DNA of 55,980 nt. It comes from a virus. Taxonomy: Duplodnaviria; Caudoviricetes. Below, in pieces: positions 1 through 7,280 of the stretch. A program made the position numbers and the translations under genes. How positions within the stretch are numbered: the first letter of the stretch is position 1; each line of letters opens with the position of its first letter. The DNA is taken from the IMG/VR virus record IMGVR_UViG_3300030107_005819, positions 1 to 55,980 of that record, one strand, 5' to 3'. Below the pieces are notes generated by a model. The model saw only the letters and a program-made list of their open reading frames with translations, was not told the DNA's origin and ran no database searches.

Positions 1-802
1 CTTTCTGGGAGGTCTTCACAAAATAGCGGAGAACCTTTTTCCAATCAACCGTTCCCGTGATACGCTCCAGAATCTCTTTACGAATCTCGGATGGGACCGA
101 ACCCCACGAGTTAGTTCGTGAAGCCTCTTCAGCCGCCTTTTTCATCGACTCTTTGAGTCGTTCCTTGGCGATCTCTTTGGTTGTCGAGTCCACGTTGTCC
201 CACTCATCATGGGAGTCAAACTGTCCGTTGTCTCCGAGTTGGCCTCCGCCGCCCTGGGATTGTCCTTCCCCAGAGCCTTCACCCTTTTCATCCCCTTCGG
301 GCTTTTGTTCAAAGCCTTCTGGGGGATCTTTCTTTAGTTTGTCCATATACCACTCGGCGCTCTTGCCCAAGGGGAAGTCTTTAAACATATCCTCTCCAGG
401 GCGTAGGCATCCTTTGGGCAAATCTCTCAAGTGGCTATTGATTGCTAAGTCCGTAGCAAAGTTCCACATCCTCATAGTTTCCTTTTCGGGCTTTCGTTCC
501 GTGAGGTGTTCGAAGATGAGGTGGTATAGCTCATGTTTAATAATGTCCCGACGCTGCCCATCCGTAAGAGTGGCGAAGAACTTCGGGTTGTACTTCATCT
601 CAAAATGCCCGGTGTTCGGGTTAATGAGTACTGCCGCTGTGGGAATGTAATAGGCCGCTTTTTTGTCTACTCGTCGAGACAGAGCCGCAAAGAAGGGCTC
701 ATTCATAAGCAAGCGAGCTACGTGAACATCAAGGTCGAAGTCAACAAGCTCTGGCTTATTCGGCTCATTTTTTTCCTCTTCTACTTTCTTGTCCTCGGAC
801 AT
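1..802 (-). CDS. Putative metallopeptidase-domain protein of the VWA-associated type (partial, runs off left edge)
   Basis: Manual translation from ATG 802: MSEDKKVEEE...LLMNEPFFAALSRRV...IPTAAV...IIKHELYHLIFEH...WNFATDLAINS...FDSHDEW...VDWKKVLRYF. Contains HExxH; SD and promoter upstream; next to MoxR-type ATPase. Not in the ORF track because it is open-ended. Confidence 0.8.
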   Translation of the reverse strand, partial: MSEDKKVEEEKNEPNKPELVDFDLDVHVARLLMNEPFFAALSRRVDKKAAYYIPTAAVLINPNTGHFEMKYNPKFFATLTDGQRRDIIKHELYHLIFEHLTERKPEKETMRMWNFATDLAINSHLRDLPKGCLRPGEDMFKDFPLGKSAEWYMDKLKKDPPEGFEQKPEGDEKGEGSGEGQSQGGGGQLGDNGQFDSHDEWDNVDSTTKEIAKERLKESMKKAAEEASRTNSWGSVPSEIRKEILERITGTVDWKKVLRYFVKTSQK

Positions 803-834
803 ATTTCTCTCCTCTCAATCAACTTGATATATCC

Positions 835-863
835 ACTATACTATATTTTTATTTCTATGTCAA
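835..863 (-). promoter_or_regulatory. sigma70-type early promoter
   Basis: TTGACA-17 nt-TATAGT on minus strand. Confidence 0.8.
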
Positions 864-873
864 GCAAAAAGTT

Positions 874-996
874 TTAACCTTGTCCCCGAGGCTTCTTACC
901 TCGCTTTCGATGGCTCTTACTTCTAGCTGTTTTGTGTTTGGACCAATACGAATGTTTACCATTCCCCTGCCGGGTTTTCTTGGGTTTTTTTCTCAT
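874..996 (-). CDS. Small highly basic peptide (40 aa, ends RGQG)
   Basis: MRKKPKKTRQGNGKHSYWSKHKTARSKSHRKRGKKPRGQG; GGGAGG upstream; alternative GTG start at 1002. Confidence 0.6.
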   Translation of the reverse strand: MRKKPKKTRQGNGKHSYWSKHKTARSKSHRKRGKKPRGQG

Positions 997-1063
997 TGCC
1001 ACGATATTTTCCCTCCCTAATATTACATAGAGAGGAAAAATTTTTCGTGACGGTTTTCTCTCC

Positions 1064-2131
1064 TTACTTGGTGTCGTCTGATTGAAGCATATCAACCATT
1101 CGCTGGGAGACTGGCGTGCCATCGACCTTGGCCTGATGGAGCCGGATTGTGTTTTGGATATCGTTCTCCGATGAGCCGAGCACTGTCCACAACTTCATGG
1201 CAACCTCGGAGGGAAGCTCGAAGAAGTAAGTGGCGAGGTTCTGAACCTGTACATCCGTCAAGGACTCTTTGAACATCTCGGAAGCCTCCAACTTCTCCAC
1301 AAAAGCAGTGTGATCATTGATTCCCCACTCCTTTACAAGCTCGAACTTCCCTTCGTTAATAACATCTGTGATGCTCACTTGTCGGTCATAGTTCTGAACG
1401 AAGTCATTAAAGGCAACAGCGGCCTCGAATCCGAGGAATGCAGAAGCCAAGTTAAAGATTTCTGGGGATGCCCCGCCTTCAAGAAGATTCCCATGGGCTA
1501 CACACTCGTTAAAGCGGTCCCATGAACGACGAGATGGGTATACCTTATTAGGCTCGAACTCATCCTTGTGTTCAAGGTGGCCTCGGTTGTGGTTAATAAA
1601 GTCCCACACCATCTTATCGACGTTATCTTTAGCCCAGTTAAGCCAGTCTTCAACCGATGGCTCAACGTCAAAGACTGTCCAACGGTCAAGCTCGGCAGGG
1701 TCCATCTCTCCAACCTGATACTGCTCCCCGTGTTCTCCACCGTTAATAGCGGCAAAGATGAGGGTTTCAGGGTGAAGCCGATGCCCATTCAGCTTTCGAC
1801 TGTCTGTAAGCTCGAAGATACCCTGACGGACTTCGATTGTGGCACGGTCCACTTCGTCCAAGAAAAGGACAACGGGGCCATCACAAGCGGTCTTAAACCA
1901 ATCAGGAGGACAAAACGATGTAATGTCCCCATCAGTCTTTGGGAGGCCAACAAGGTCGCCTTCGGTCATCTGTGATGCTCGGCGCTCGACCACAGGAAGA
2001 TTAACCTCCTTGGCGAACTGGTATACTACTTCGGACTTCCCAACTCCATGTCGTCCACGGATCAGCACGGGCTTCTTAATAGAAGTAACGTGTGGGACCA
2101 CATGAAGGAATGTTTTAAAATCTACTGCCAT
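1064..2131 (-). CDS. MoxR-like AAA+ ATPase
   Basis: Walker A GRHGVGKS, Walker B VLFLDEVDRA, EGDLVGLP, MDPAELDRW, PSRRSW. Confidence 0.85.
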   Translation of the reverse strand: MAVDFKTFLHVVPHVTSIKKPVLIRGRHGVGKSEVVYQFAKEVNLPVVERRASQMTEGDLVGLPKTDGDITSFCPPDWFKTACDGPVVLFLDEVDRATIEVRQGIFELTDSRKLNGHRLHPETLIFAAINGGEHGEQYQVGEMDPAELDRWTVFDVEPSVEDWLNWAKDNVDKMVWDFINHNRGHLEHKDEFEPNKVYPSRRSWDRFNECVAHGNLLEGGASPEIFNLASAFLGFEAAVAFNDFVQNYDRQVSITDVINEGKFELVKEWGINDHTAFVEKLEASEMFKESLTDVQVQNLATYFFELPSEVAMKLWTVLGSSENDIQNTIRLHQAKVDGTPVSQRMVDMLQSDDTK

Positions 2132-2173
2132 TTTTATCTCTCTCGATTAAATGTTCTTAATAAGTATGCTTAC

Positions 2174-2202
2174 ACTATAACAAATATATATTTATTTGTC
2201 AA
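2174..2202 (-). promoter_or_regulatory. sigma70-type early promoter with extended -10
   Basis: TTGACA-17-TATAGT preceded by TGT. Confidence 0.85.
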
Positions 2203-2966
2203 GCACTTTCTTTAAGTGACTGCTTTTTTTCATCAAGGTTCCAGAAATCCAAACTCCACACACGAGACTCGCTCTCAGCCTGCCACAACTCTCTCTCGGA
2301 GAAATACTCTTTCATCTCTTTGGGGTCAAACTCAAGCCAGTCTTTGGGGGGCTCAACCTTAGAGGGAACTCCACTGACCACCTCACAATCATAGCGATCT
2401 TCAATCCAACGTGAGTCACGGGCGCCCCATTTAGGTCCAGTGGGCCAGCCGTCAGGGTGGCGCTGACTTAACATGTTGTTGCCCATGTTTTGACCCATCC
2501 GAGATAGGTCTGAAGCACAAATCCACGCGGGGATGTGGTCGGAGGCACACCATACGTTTACCGTCTCCCACTTAAGGCCCGTCACGTACATCAGGCACTT
2601 TCTCTTTTTTTGACGAACCAGGGCTCCGACTCCCAGGCCAGAGGCATGTGTCCATTCGAGAAAAGCCTTCTTAAAAGCCACGTTCTGTTCATGAACATGA
2701 GCCATGTGAGCCTTTAAGTGTTCACAACTTCGCCTGTTGTGCCCTGTTTTGCCACAATAAGTACAAGTTCGAGAAACGCTCTTTTTTTCGTGGCGGGCGT
2801 TCCACCGACTAATCGCCACTTCATCATAGTAGCTCCGTTCATCTACAGGCGTTTTCATAGCCTCTTCATAACGCTCTTGCTGGTGGGCTTTAAGTTTCTC
2901 ACAACTTCTCCGGTTATGCCCTTTTCCACCACAAAAGCCACAGTATACTGTTCCGTTCCAGGCCAT
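2199..2966 (-). CDS. Protein with two CCHC zinc knuckles
   Basis: CGFCGGKGHNRRSC and CTYCGKTGHNRRSC (C-x2-C-x4-H-x4-C). Confidence 0.75.
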   Translation of the reverse strand: MAWNGTVYCGFCGGKGHNRRSCEKLKAHQQERYEEAMKTPVDERSYYDEVAISRWNARHEKKSVSRTCTYCGKTGHNRRSCEHLKAHMAHVHEQNVAFKKAFLEWTHASGLGVGALVRQKKRKCLMYVTGLKWETVNVWCASDHIPAWICASDLSRMGQNMGNNMLSQRHPDGWPTGPKWGARDSRWIEDRYDCEVVSGVPSKVEPPKDWLEFDPKEMKEYFSERELWQAESESRVWSLDFWNLDEKKQSLKESA

Positions 2967-2997
2967 TTTTTGTTCTCTCTATTAAGTTTCTATAAAT

Positions 2998-3026
2998 AAT
3001 ATATCAAATATTTCATTAGTTGTCAA
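2998..3026 (-). promoter_or_regulatory. sigma70-type early promoter
   Basis: TTGACA-17-TATATT with TGn extension. Confidence 0.7.
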
Positions 3027-3031
3027 GGGAT

Positions 3032-3118
3032 TTATTTTTTTGTATGATTCTTGACTTCCAAGTAAATGATTGTGGCACTACAAGCTATCCACACCAACGT
3101 AACGACGACCATATCCAT
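3032..3118 (-). CDS. Small membrane peptide (28 aa)
   Basis: MDMVVVTLVWIACSATIIYLEVKNHTKK; GGAGG upstream. Confidence 0.5.
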   Translation of the reverse strand: MDMVVVTLVWIACSATIIYLEVKNHTKK

Positions 3119-3143
3119 AATCTGTTCCTCCCTCCACTATATA

Positions 3144-3320
3144 TTAGGTTCGGTCGGAAATCAAGCCCTGCTCAATTAAGCGGATAGCCATCCGGCCATA
3201 ACTTCCCTGTAAAGTCCAGACGACGCCTGTATCCAAAAGCTGCTGAAATAACTCAACTACTTCAGCCTGTGTGAGTCTTCCCTCTTCATAATCGCTAATT
3301 TGTTCAACGATGCTAAACAC
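3144..3320 (-). CDS. Small hypothetical phage protein
   Basis: Start reassigned to GTG 3320 (GGAGAG SD, downstream of promoter 3343-3371); ...LFQQLLDTGVVWTLQGSYGRMA... Confidence 0.7.
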   Translation of the reverse strand: MFSIVEQISDYEEGRLTQAEVVELFQQLLDTGVVWTLQGSYGRMAIRLIEQGLISDRT

Positions 3321-3342
3321 TTTCTCTCCTTCTTTATTTATT

Positions 3343-3371
3343 ACTATACAATATATATTATTCTTTGTCAA
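3343..3371 (-). promoter_or_regulatory. sigma70-type early promoter (repeat copy)
   Basis: TTGACA-17-TATAGT; near-identical to copies at 4433 and 7817. Confidence 0.85.
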
Positions 3372-3726
3372 GAACTTTTCTTTTGGGCACCCTTATTATG
3401 CCCGCCTCATCACGTCGAGCCCTACGGTGACTCAAGTAGTTGAAAAGATTCATGGCAGAAACTCCATGATATCTTTGATGTTTTGGGGGCACCGAGAGTT
3501 TAACCTGCCATTCTCCGGCATCTTCCCAGTCCCTCACCCAGTGAGTCGCCCAGCACCACCTCTTAAAGCCCAATGTCTCTTCGGGGGATCGGGCTCGTTC
3601 GGCTTCTGTCGTGTTGTCGTACATCCTTCTCCTGGCAGCATCAAACTTTTCAATAAGAACACATACTTCTCCGGTGTCCTCAAAGACAATCATATCGCCT
3701 GGAGAAAAAGTAAGGTCTTCAGCCAT
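3358..3726 (-). CDS. Hypothetical protein with KOW/SH3-like start
   Basis: FSPGDMIVF...GEVCVLIE; 8-nt overlap with upstream ORF. Confidence 0.65.
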   Translation of the reverse strand: MAEDLTFSPGDMIVFEDTGEVCVLIEKFDAARRRMYDNTTEAERARSPEETLGFKRWCWATHWVRDWEDAGEWQVKLSVPPKHQRYHGVSAMNLFNYLSHRRARRDEAGIIRVPKRKVLDKE

Positions 3727-3934
3727 CCTTTTTGTTCACACATTTGCTGATAATCTCCACTCCGTCCGAATACTCAAAGCTCCAGTCGGTGTGGCCAAAC
3801 CAACGGACAAAGATCTGTTTTACCCCATCGCCATTGTCATCTGCAGAGATTTCGGTTACAATCCCCACTCTTTCTTGGCCTCGCCAATGGTCCGTGGTCA
3901 TGGATACGGGTCGAACTAGATCACCGATATTCAT
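3719..3934 (-). CDS. Small KOW/SH3-like paralog
   Basis: MNIGDLVRP...VGIVTEI...IFVRWF...VEIIS. Confidence 0.75.
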   Translation of the reverse strand: MNIGDLVRPVSMTTDHWRGQERVGIVTEISADDNGDGVKQIFVRWFGHTDWSFEYSDGVEIISKCVNKKDG

Positions 3935-4094
3935 TTAGAACCTCCACGAAGGTAGAATATGTAAAGGTGTGGCCAGAGTCATCAAACCAACAAACCGAGA
4001 TGGGGCCGTTGCCATCAGGGTCAGCGTAGACTTCCAGCACGACGCCCACTTTCTTTTCGCCGCCCCAGGGCTTTATTAGATCACCGACTTTCAC
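3921..4094 (-). CDS. Small KOW/SH3-like paralog (57 aa, not in ORF track)
   Basis: GTG start; MKVGDLIKPWGGEKKVGVVLEVYADPDGNGPISVCWFDDSGHTFTYSTFVEVLNEYR. Confidence 0.75.
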   Translation of the reverse strand: MKVGDLIKPWGGEKKVGVVLEVYADPDGNGPISVCWFDDSGHTFTYSTFVEVLNEYR

Positions 4095-4263
4095 TGATCA
4101 CCTCCAGAATGGCAGAGGGAATGTGTGGGTTTCGACGGCCACCAAACGGATCTCTATCAAATCCATAAAGTTTACACCATGATCCATCCACTTCAGTAAC
4201 GAACCAGATGCCTTTGTTGGTGGCGTTCTGGATAATGAACTGTACTAAATCACCGGGCTTCAT
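4081..4263 (-). CDS. Small KOW/SH3-like paralog
   Basis: Start reassigned to ATG 4263: MKPGDLVQF...GIWFVTEV...ILEVISESR. Confidence 0.75.
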   Translation of the reverse strand: MKPGDLVQFIIQNATNKGIWFVTEVDGSWCKLYGFDRDPFGGRRNPHIPSAILEVISESR

Positions 4264-4405
4264 TGACGATCTCCAAACTAAGAGTGTAGTTATTTGCATC
4301 CTCAACAACGCCATCATCGAGCCATCTTATTAAAGTCTCATAAGCATCGCTAACAATGACGATGGCTAGACTCCCACGACATCTTACTAAATCACCGACT
4401 TTCAT
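4250..4405 (-). CDS. Small KOW/SH3-like paralog (51 aa, not in ORF track)
   Basis: MKVGDLVRCRGSLAIVIVSDAYETLIRWLDDGVVEDANNYTLSLEIVNEAR; directly behind promoter 4433-4461. Confidence 0.75.
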   Translation of the reverse strand: MKVGDLVRCRGSLAIVIVSDAYETLIRWLDDGVVEDANNYTLSLEIVNEAR

Positions 4406-4432
4406 TTTCTCTCTCGTTTAAGTTATATTATT

Positions 4433-4461
4433 ACTATAACAAATATATTATTCTTTGTCAA
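4433..4461 (-). promoter_or_regulatory. sigma70-type early promoter (repeat copy)
   Basis: TTGACA-17-TATAGT; 4433-4462 identical over 30 bp to 7817-7846. Confidence 0.9.
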
Positions 4462-4610
4462 GACTTTTTTGATTTTACCAAAGTCATTGATTTTTTTAGT
4501 CTTTCCACGGTTTTGTCTTTAGCCATTGCCGCGAGTCCAATGACAATCATGCCGCCAAAGATGCTCCCATAAGTCATCTGACATATCTTTTCTTGTATTT
4601 TATCTTTCAT
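4458..4610 (-). CDS. Small protein with one hydrophobic segment (50 aa)
   Basis: MKDKIQEKICQMTYGSIFGGMIVIGLAAMAKDK...; fills the gap exactly; stop lies inside the next -35 box. Confidence 0.5.
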   Translation of the reverse strand: MKDKIQEKICQMTYGSIFGGMIVIGLAAMAKDKTVERLKKSMTLVKSKKS

Positions 4611-4839
4611 CTTCTGCCCTGCTTATAATTTTTAAATAGTGTAGGTATGATTTTTTAAGATAGCCGGTTGGAAAGAACAACACTTCTGCTACTTGAGATG
4701 AACTAAATGTTCGGTTAGGGTCTTCCCAATAAACGTTCATAACAACCCCAATGTCGCCCTTGTAAATCTCCCAACGATGTCTCACTCCTTGTTCGGGGTA
4801 AGTGGCCATAGTGTATTGAACCAGATCACCCACCTTCAC
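4600..4839 (-). CDS. Small KOW/SH3-like paralog
   Basis: GTG 4839: MKVGDLVQY...DIGVVMNV...AEVLFF...LKIIS. Confidence 0.75.
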   Translation of the reverse strand: MKVGDLVQYTMATYPEQGVRHRWEIYKGDIGVVMNVYWEDPNRTFSSSQVAEVLFFPTGYLKKSYLHYLKIISRAEDER

Positions 4840-5029
4840 TAATAACCTCCAGTTGGCGAGCGGTGAAGGGGACGGGGCCGACGCGCCAACCTCCAAGCAG
4901 CCTCACCCAGTAACGAATCTTCTTCGTCATTGTTGAGCGATCCACCTTTACAATAAACCCCACATTCCTCCTGTCTCTCGAAAGGTTCTCGCCAACGTGA
5001 GCAACCCTCACCATATCACCAACACCCAT
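4826..5029 (-). CDS. Small KOW/SH3-like paralog
   Basis: ATG 5029: MGVGDMVRV...VGFIVKV...YWVRL...QLEVISEGG. Confidence 0.75.
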   Translation of the reverse strand: MGVGDMVRVAHVGENLSRDRRNVGFIVKVDRSTMTKKIRYWVRLLGGWRVGPVPFTARQLEVISEGG

Positions 5030-5237
5030 CGGTCTTATCCTCTGGATGTCCAAGTTGTAACCTCCAGGCGTCGAAGATTTCCCCTCTCTTGTGAAGAAAA
5101 ATCTTGGCTGTGTCTCCAGATTTGCCATTGTGGGGAGCGTAAGTAAGCGAGATCACTGTCGCCAATCCATCTCTCACCTGGGCGAACCCAGAATCAAACC
5201 CCTGACATTGATAATAAACTAAATCACCGACCTTCAC
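5016..5237 (-). CDS. Small KOW/SH3-like paralog
   Basis: MKVGDLVYY...GLATVISL. Confidence 0.75.
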   Translation of the reverse strand: MKVGDLVYYQCQGFDSGFAQVRDGLATVISLTYAPHNGKSGDTAKIFLHKRGEIFDAWRLQLGHPEDKTDGCW

Positions 5238-5424
5238 TTATGACCTCCAGTTCGCTGATATACTCCCATTCTGTTTCTCCCGTGTTCATAAGCAACTCAA
5301 CTTGATATTGATGTTTCTTTGTCCATGTGATGACAAGGCCAAACAAGCCAAAATCGGGCAGAAGCTCTTTGATATCCCCCCCACTATAGACGGGCTTGTA
5401 TTTCACCAAATCCCCAGGCTTCAT
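5224..5424 (-). CDS. Small KOW/SH3-like paralog
   Basis: MKPGDLVKY...FGLVI...VELL...ELEVISEGR. Confidence 0.75.
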   Translation of the reverse strand: MKPGDLVKYKPVYSGGDIKELLPDFGLFGLVITWTKKHQYQVELLMNTGETEWEYISELEVISEGR

Positions 5425-5432
5425 GGGTGCTC

Positions 5433-5675
5433 TTAGTTTTTAGGAAAACTGAGAAAATCCAGGTCAAAAGCAACTCGGGTTTTAAATTGGTCCTGGGTAT
5501 TCAAATAGTCCAGAACGATTCCCTTATACTCATCCTCGTAGTCGCCGGGATTGTCGCCGGAATAAGGCTTTACAGTGCCCTCTTGTGACTGAAAGACATC
5601 GGTCACATTGAGAAACACCAAGTCTCGCTTTTCGCCTCGGAAAGAGGGATTTGTGTGGTAAACTTGAACTAACAT
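5433..5675 (-). CDS. Hypothetical protein
   Basis: 80-aa ORF, AGGAG SD, first gene after promoter 5701-5729. Confidence 0.7.
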   Translation of the reverse strand: MLVQVYHTNPSFRGEKRDLVFLNVTDVFQSQEGTVKPYSGDNPGDYEDEYKGIVLDYLNTQDQFKTRVAFDLDFLSFPKN

Positions 5676-5700
5676 TTTATCTCCTATTTATTCTTCTCTG

Positions 5701-5729
5701 ACTATAACAAATATTATTTTGTTTGTCAA
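5701..5729 (-). promoter_or_regulatory. sigma70-type early promoter with extended -10
   Basis: TTGACA-17-TATAGT preceded by TGT. Confidence 0.85.
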
Positions 5730-5734
5730 CCATT

Positions 5735-6040
5735 TTAATAATTAAAGGGGGAAATATTTTGAATGTGTTCCCCCGGCACTAAATAAAAGTTCCCATTGAT
5801 AAGGAACCGATAGGCTCTCCATGAACCCTGTTTAAACACATTGGAGGGAACCTGAGAAGGCCCACAATACAATGCTGGCTTTCCTTTTAACCCTTCTTCT
5901 CCTTTGAACTCCTGAGTCCACCTAATCGCTCTACGGCTTTTGATGATCTGCAGAAAGTTATCTTTCCACATGACCACCACCACTCGTGGATCAAGATCGA
6001 TGGCATAAAGTTCGCCTGGATTTAAGTCTTTGACCTTCAT
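5735..6040 (-). CDS. Hypothetical protein (KOW/SH3-like start)
   Basis: MKVKDLNPGELYAI... Confidence 0.65.
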   Translation of the reverse strand: MKVKDLNPGELYAIDLDPRVVVVMWKDNFLQIIKSRRAIRWTQEFKGEEGLKGKPALYCGPSQVPSNVFKQGSWRAYRFLINGNFYLVPGEHIQNISPFNY

Positions 6041-6043
6041 CTT

Positions 6044-6166
6044 TTAATAAAAGGCCCATAGAATAAGTGCCGGGATGGCATATACAGCCAGCAACTGTGC
6101 CAGCATCTTGATCGTTTCTTTAGAATTATTTTTTCGATCAGGGTGAATTGAACTAACATCTCCCAT
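6044..6166 (-). CDS. Small membrane peptide (40 aa)
   Basis: MGDVSSIHPDRKNNSKETIKMLAQLLAVYAIPALILWAFY; GAGGT SD. Confidence 0.55.
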   Translation of the reverse strand: MGDVSSIHPDRKNNSKETIKMLAQLLAVYAIPALILWAFY

Positions 6167-6180
6167 TTTTTACCTCTTTT

Positions 6181-6405
6181 TTACTTTGTTATGCCTTCTT
6201 CTGAAGGGCTTCGTGAAAAGACGGCCACGTTCCGTGTATTACACCACTGAAAGTAGCCCGACTTCATACTCTTTATTCCCACATAGACGGCCCTGCCATT
6301 CTTGGCATAGAATGGACCTTCTGTGACCAACCAGAGAACATGAGACTCTGGATCATATTCTCTTCCAAGGTCTACATAAAAAACTAAATCACCGACGTTC
6401 AGCAT
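6181..6405 (-). CDS. Small KOW/SH3-like paralog
   Basis: MLNVGDLVFY...; start context GAGGTCAG ATG CTG AAC GTC GGT GAT TTA GT. Confidence 0.7.
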   Translation of the reverse strand: MLNVGDLVFYVDLGREYDPESHVLWLVTEGPFYAKNGRAVYVGIKSMKSGYFQWCNTRNVAVFSRSPSEEGITK

Positions 6406-6455
6406 CTGACCTCAACTGTAAACAAATATAAACGAGGCATGTAACCACAATTACC

Positions 6456-6605
6456 TCAAACATCTGCCTTGCTCCACTTATAAGTTCGGCAAGCTCGCTT
6501 AGAGGCTCGTTTCTTCTTATCCCCGTGGTTTCCTGCTCCACTTCGAGTGAAGGCATGGACCGCCAGCCAATTACGGCGAGAAATCTTTTTCTTCTTTTTC
6601 TTCAT
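6456..6605 (-). CDS. Small highly basic peptide (49 aa, not in ORF track)
   Basis: MKKKKKKISRRNWLAVHAFTRSGAGNHGDKKKRASKRACRTYKWSKADV; immediately behind its own promoter. Confidence 0.6.
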   Translation of the reverse strand: MKKKKKKISRRNWLAVHAFTRSGAGNHGDKKKRASKRACRTYKWSKADV

Positions 6606-6614
6606 GATTTTCTA

Positions 6615-6643
6615 ACGATATCACATATATCATAATTTGTCAA
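6615..6643 (-). promoter_or_regulatory. sigma70-type promoter
   Basis: TTGACA-17-TATCGT with TGn extension. Confidence 0.65.
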
Positions 6644-6649
6644 GGGCTT

Positions 6650-6880
6650 TTATTCAAAAGTTCCCCTATATGTCCCTTGATACTTGGGACGGGGGACCGG
6701 CGAGTGTTGAGCCTGGGAGTTGTCCACTTTTTTTATTTTCTTTCCCAGGTCATCACGAAACTTCCGAAGCTCATCGTGAATGGATTCTGGACACACTAAC
6801 GAAACCCTTGAGAGGGTTTCGATATCTTCGTGGATTTCTTTTAAAAGACTTAGAGCATCCTGATAAGGCGAGTTAGACAT
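6650..6880 (-). CDS. Hypothetical protein
   Basis: 76-aa helical ORF coupled to upstream gene. Confidence 0.6.
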   Translation of the reverse strand: MSNSPYQDALSLLKEIHEDIETLSRVSLVCPESIHDELRKFRDDLGKKIKKVDNSQAQHSPVPRPKYQGTYRGTFE

Positions 6881-7124
6881 TTTTTCCTCTTTGTTTAAAA
6901 TCTACCTTAATAACATTGCTATCTTTTTCGACGACTCGAAGGGATAACTTCTTCGACTTTTGTCTTGAAATCTCTGCAGCTATAGCTAAACTCTGATAGA
7001 TCCCTTCGGCGTCTTTGTGTAGATCGGTGATGTCCATGAAGTTAATCAGCATCTCCAAATCCTCGGCCAGCACCTTGTAACAAATGCTTAATCCTTCTGT
7101 GGTGTCAATAGGTGGTCTTTCCAT
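6873..7124 (-). CDS. Hypothetical protein
   Basis: 83 aa; C-terminal NVIKVDF. Confidence 0.6.
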   Translation of the reverse strand: MERPPIDTTEGLSICYKVLAEDLEMLINFMDITDLHKDAEGIYQSLAIAAEISRQKSKKLSLRVVEKDSNVIKVDFKQRGKNV

Positions 7125-7163
7125 AATACTATAAATATACTCTACTTTTCTTATTTTTTAAAG

Positions 7164-7280
7164 TTATTTTTTTTCGCTCAGTTCTCGACGTAACTTAATG
7201 ACTGCTGGGATGCCACAGAGAAGAAGACACGACCATAACAGCAGCAGTGCAGCCCCGATTGTAAACTCCCAGCCCGACAT
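7164..7280 (-). CDS. Small membrane peptide (38 aa)
   Basis: MSGWEFTIGAALLLLWSCLLLCGIPAVIKLRRELSEKK; TGATG overlap, GGAGG SD. Confidence 0.55.
   Translation of the reverse strand: MSGWEFTIGAALLLLWSCLLLCGIPAVIKLRRELSEKK

Larger units (their letters stand above)
3921..5247 (-). repeat. Six related gene-junction repeats, each a 14-nt start/stop overlap
   Basis: Overlaps at 3921-3934, 4081-4094, 4250-4263, 4826-4839, 5016-5029 and 5224-5237; typical form TGGAGGT-N4-A-RTG-AAR-NNN-GG-TGA-T. Confidence 0.85.

Noticed and set aside
4081-5128. Longer ORF-track starts at 4317, 4896 and 5128 (also 3371, 12886, 28570, 36375, 42274, 43253)
   Set aside because: They overlap upstream genes or promoters; internal starts have SD or coupling geometry and match family N-termini.
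3921-5247. Junction repeats as a CRISPR array or integron attC sites
   Set aside because: The repeats are degenerate, non-palindromic and protein-coding, spaced at least about 160 nt apart; no cas or integrase gene in the window.
3358-6405. Diversity-generating retroelement as the source of paralog variation
   Set aside because: No reverse transcriptase and no TR/VR pair differing only at adenines was seen.
6389-6448. 19-codon ORF (GTG 6448) with GAGGT SD, ending inside the GGTGAT of the 6405 gene
   Set aside because: Too short to support; at most a remnant of a cassette junction.
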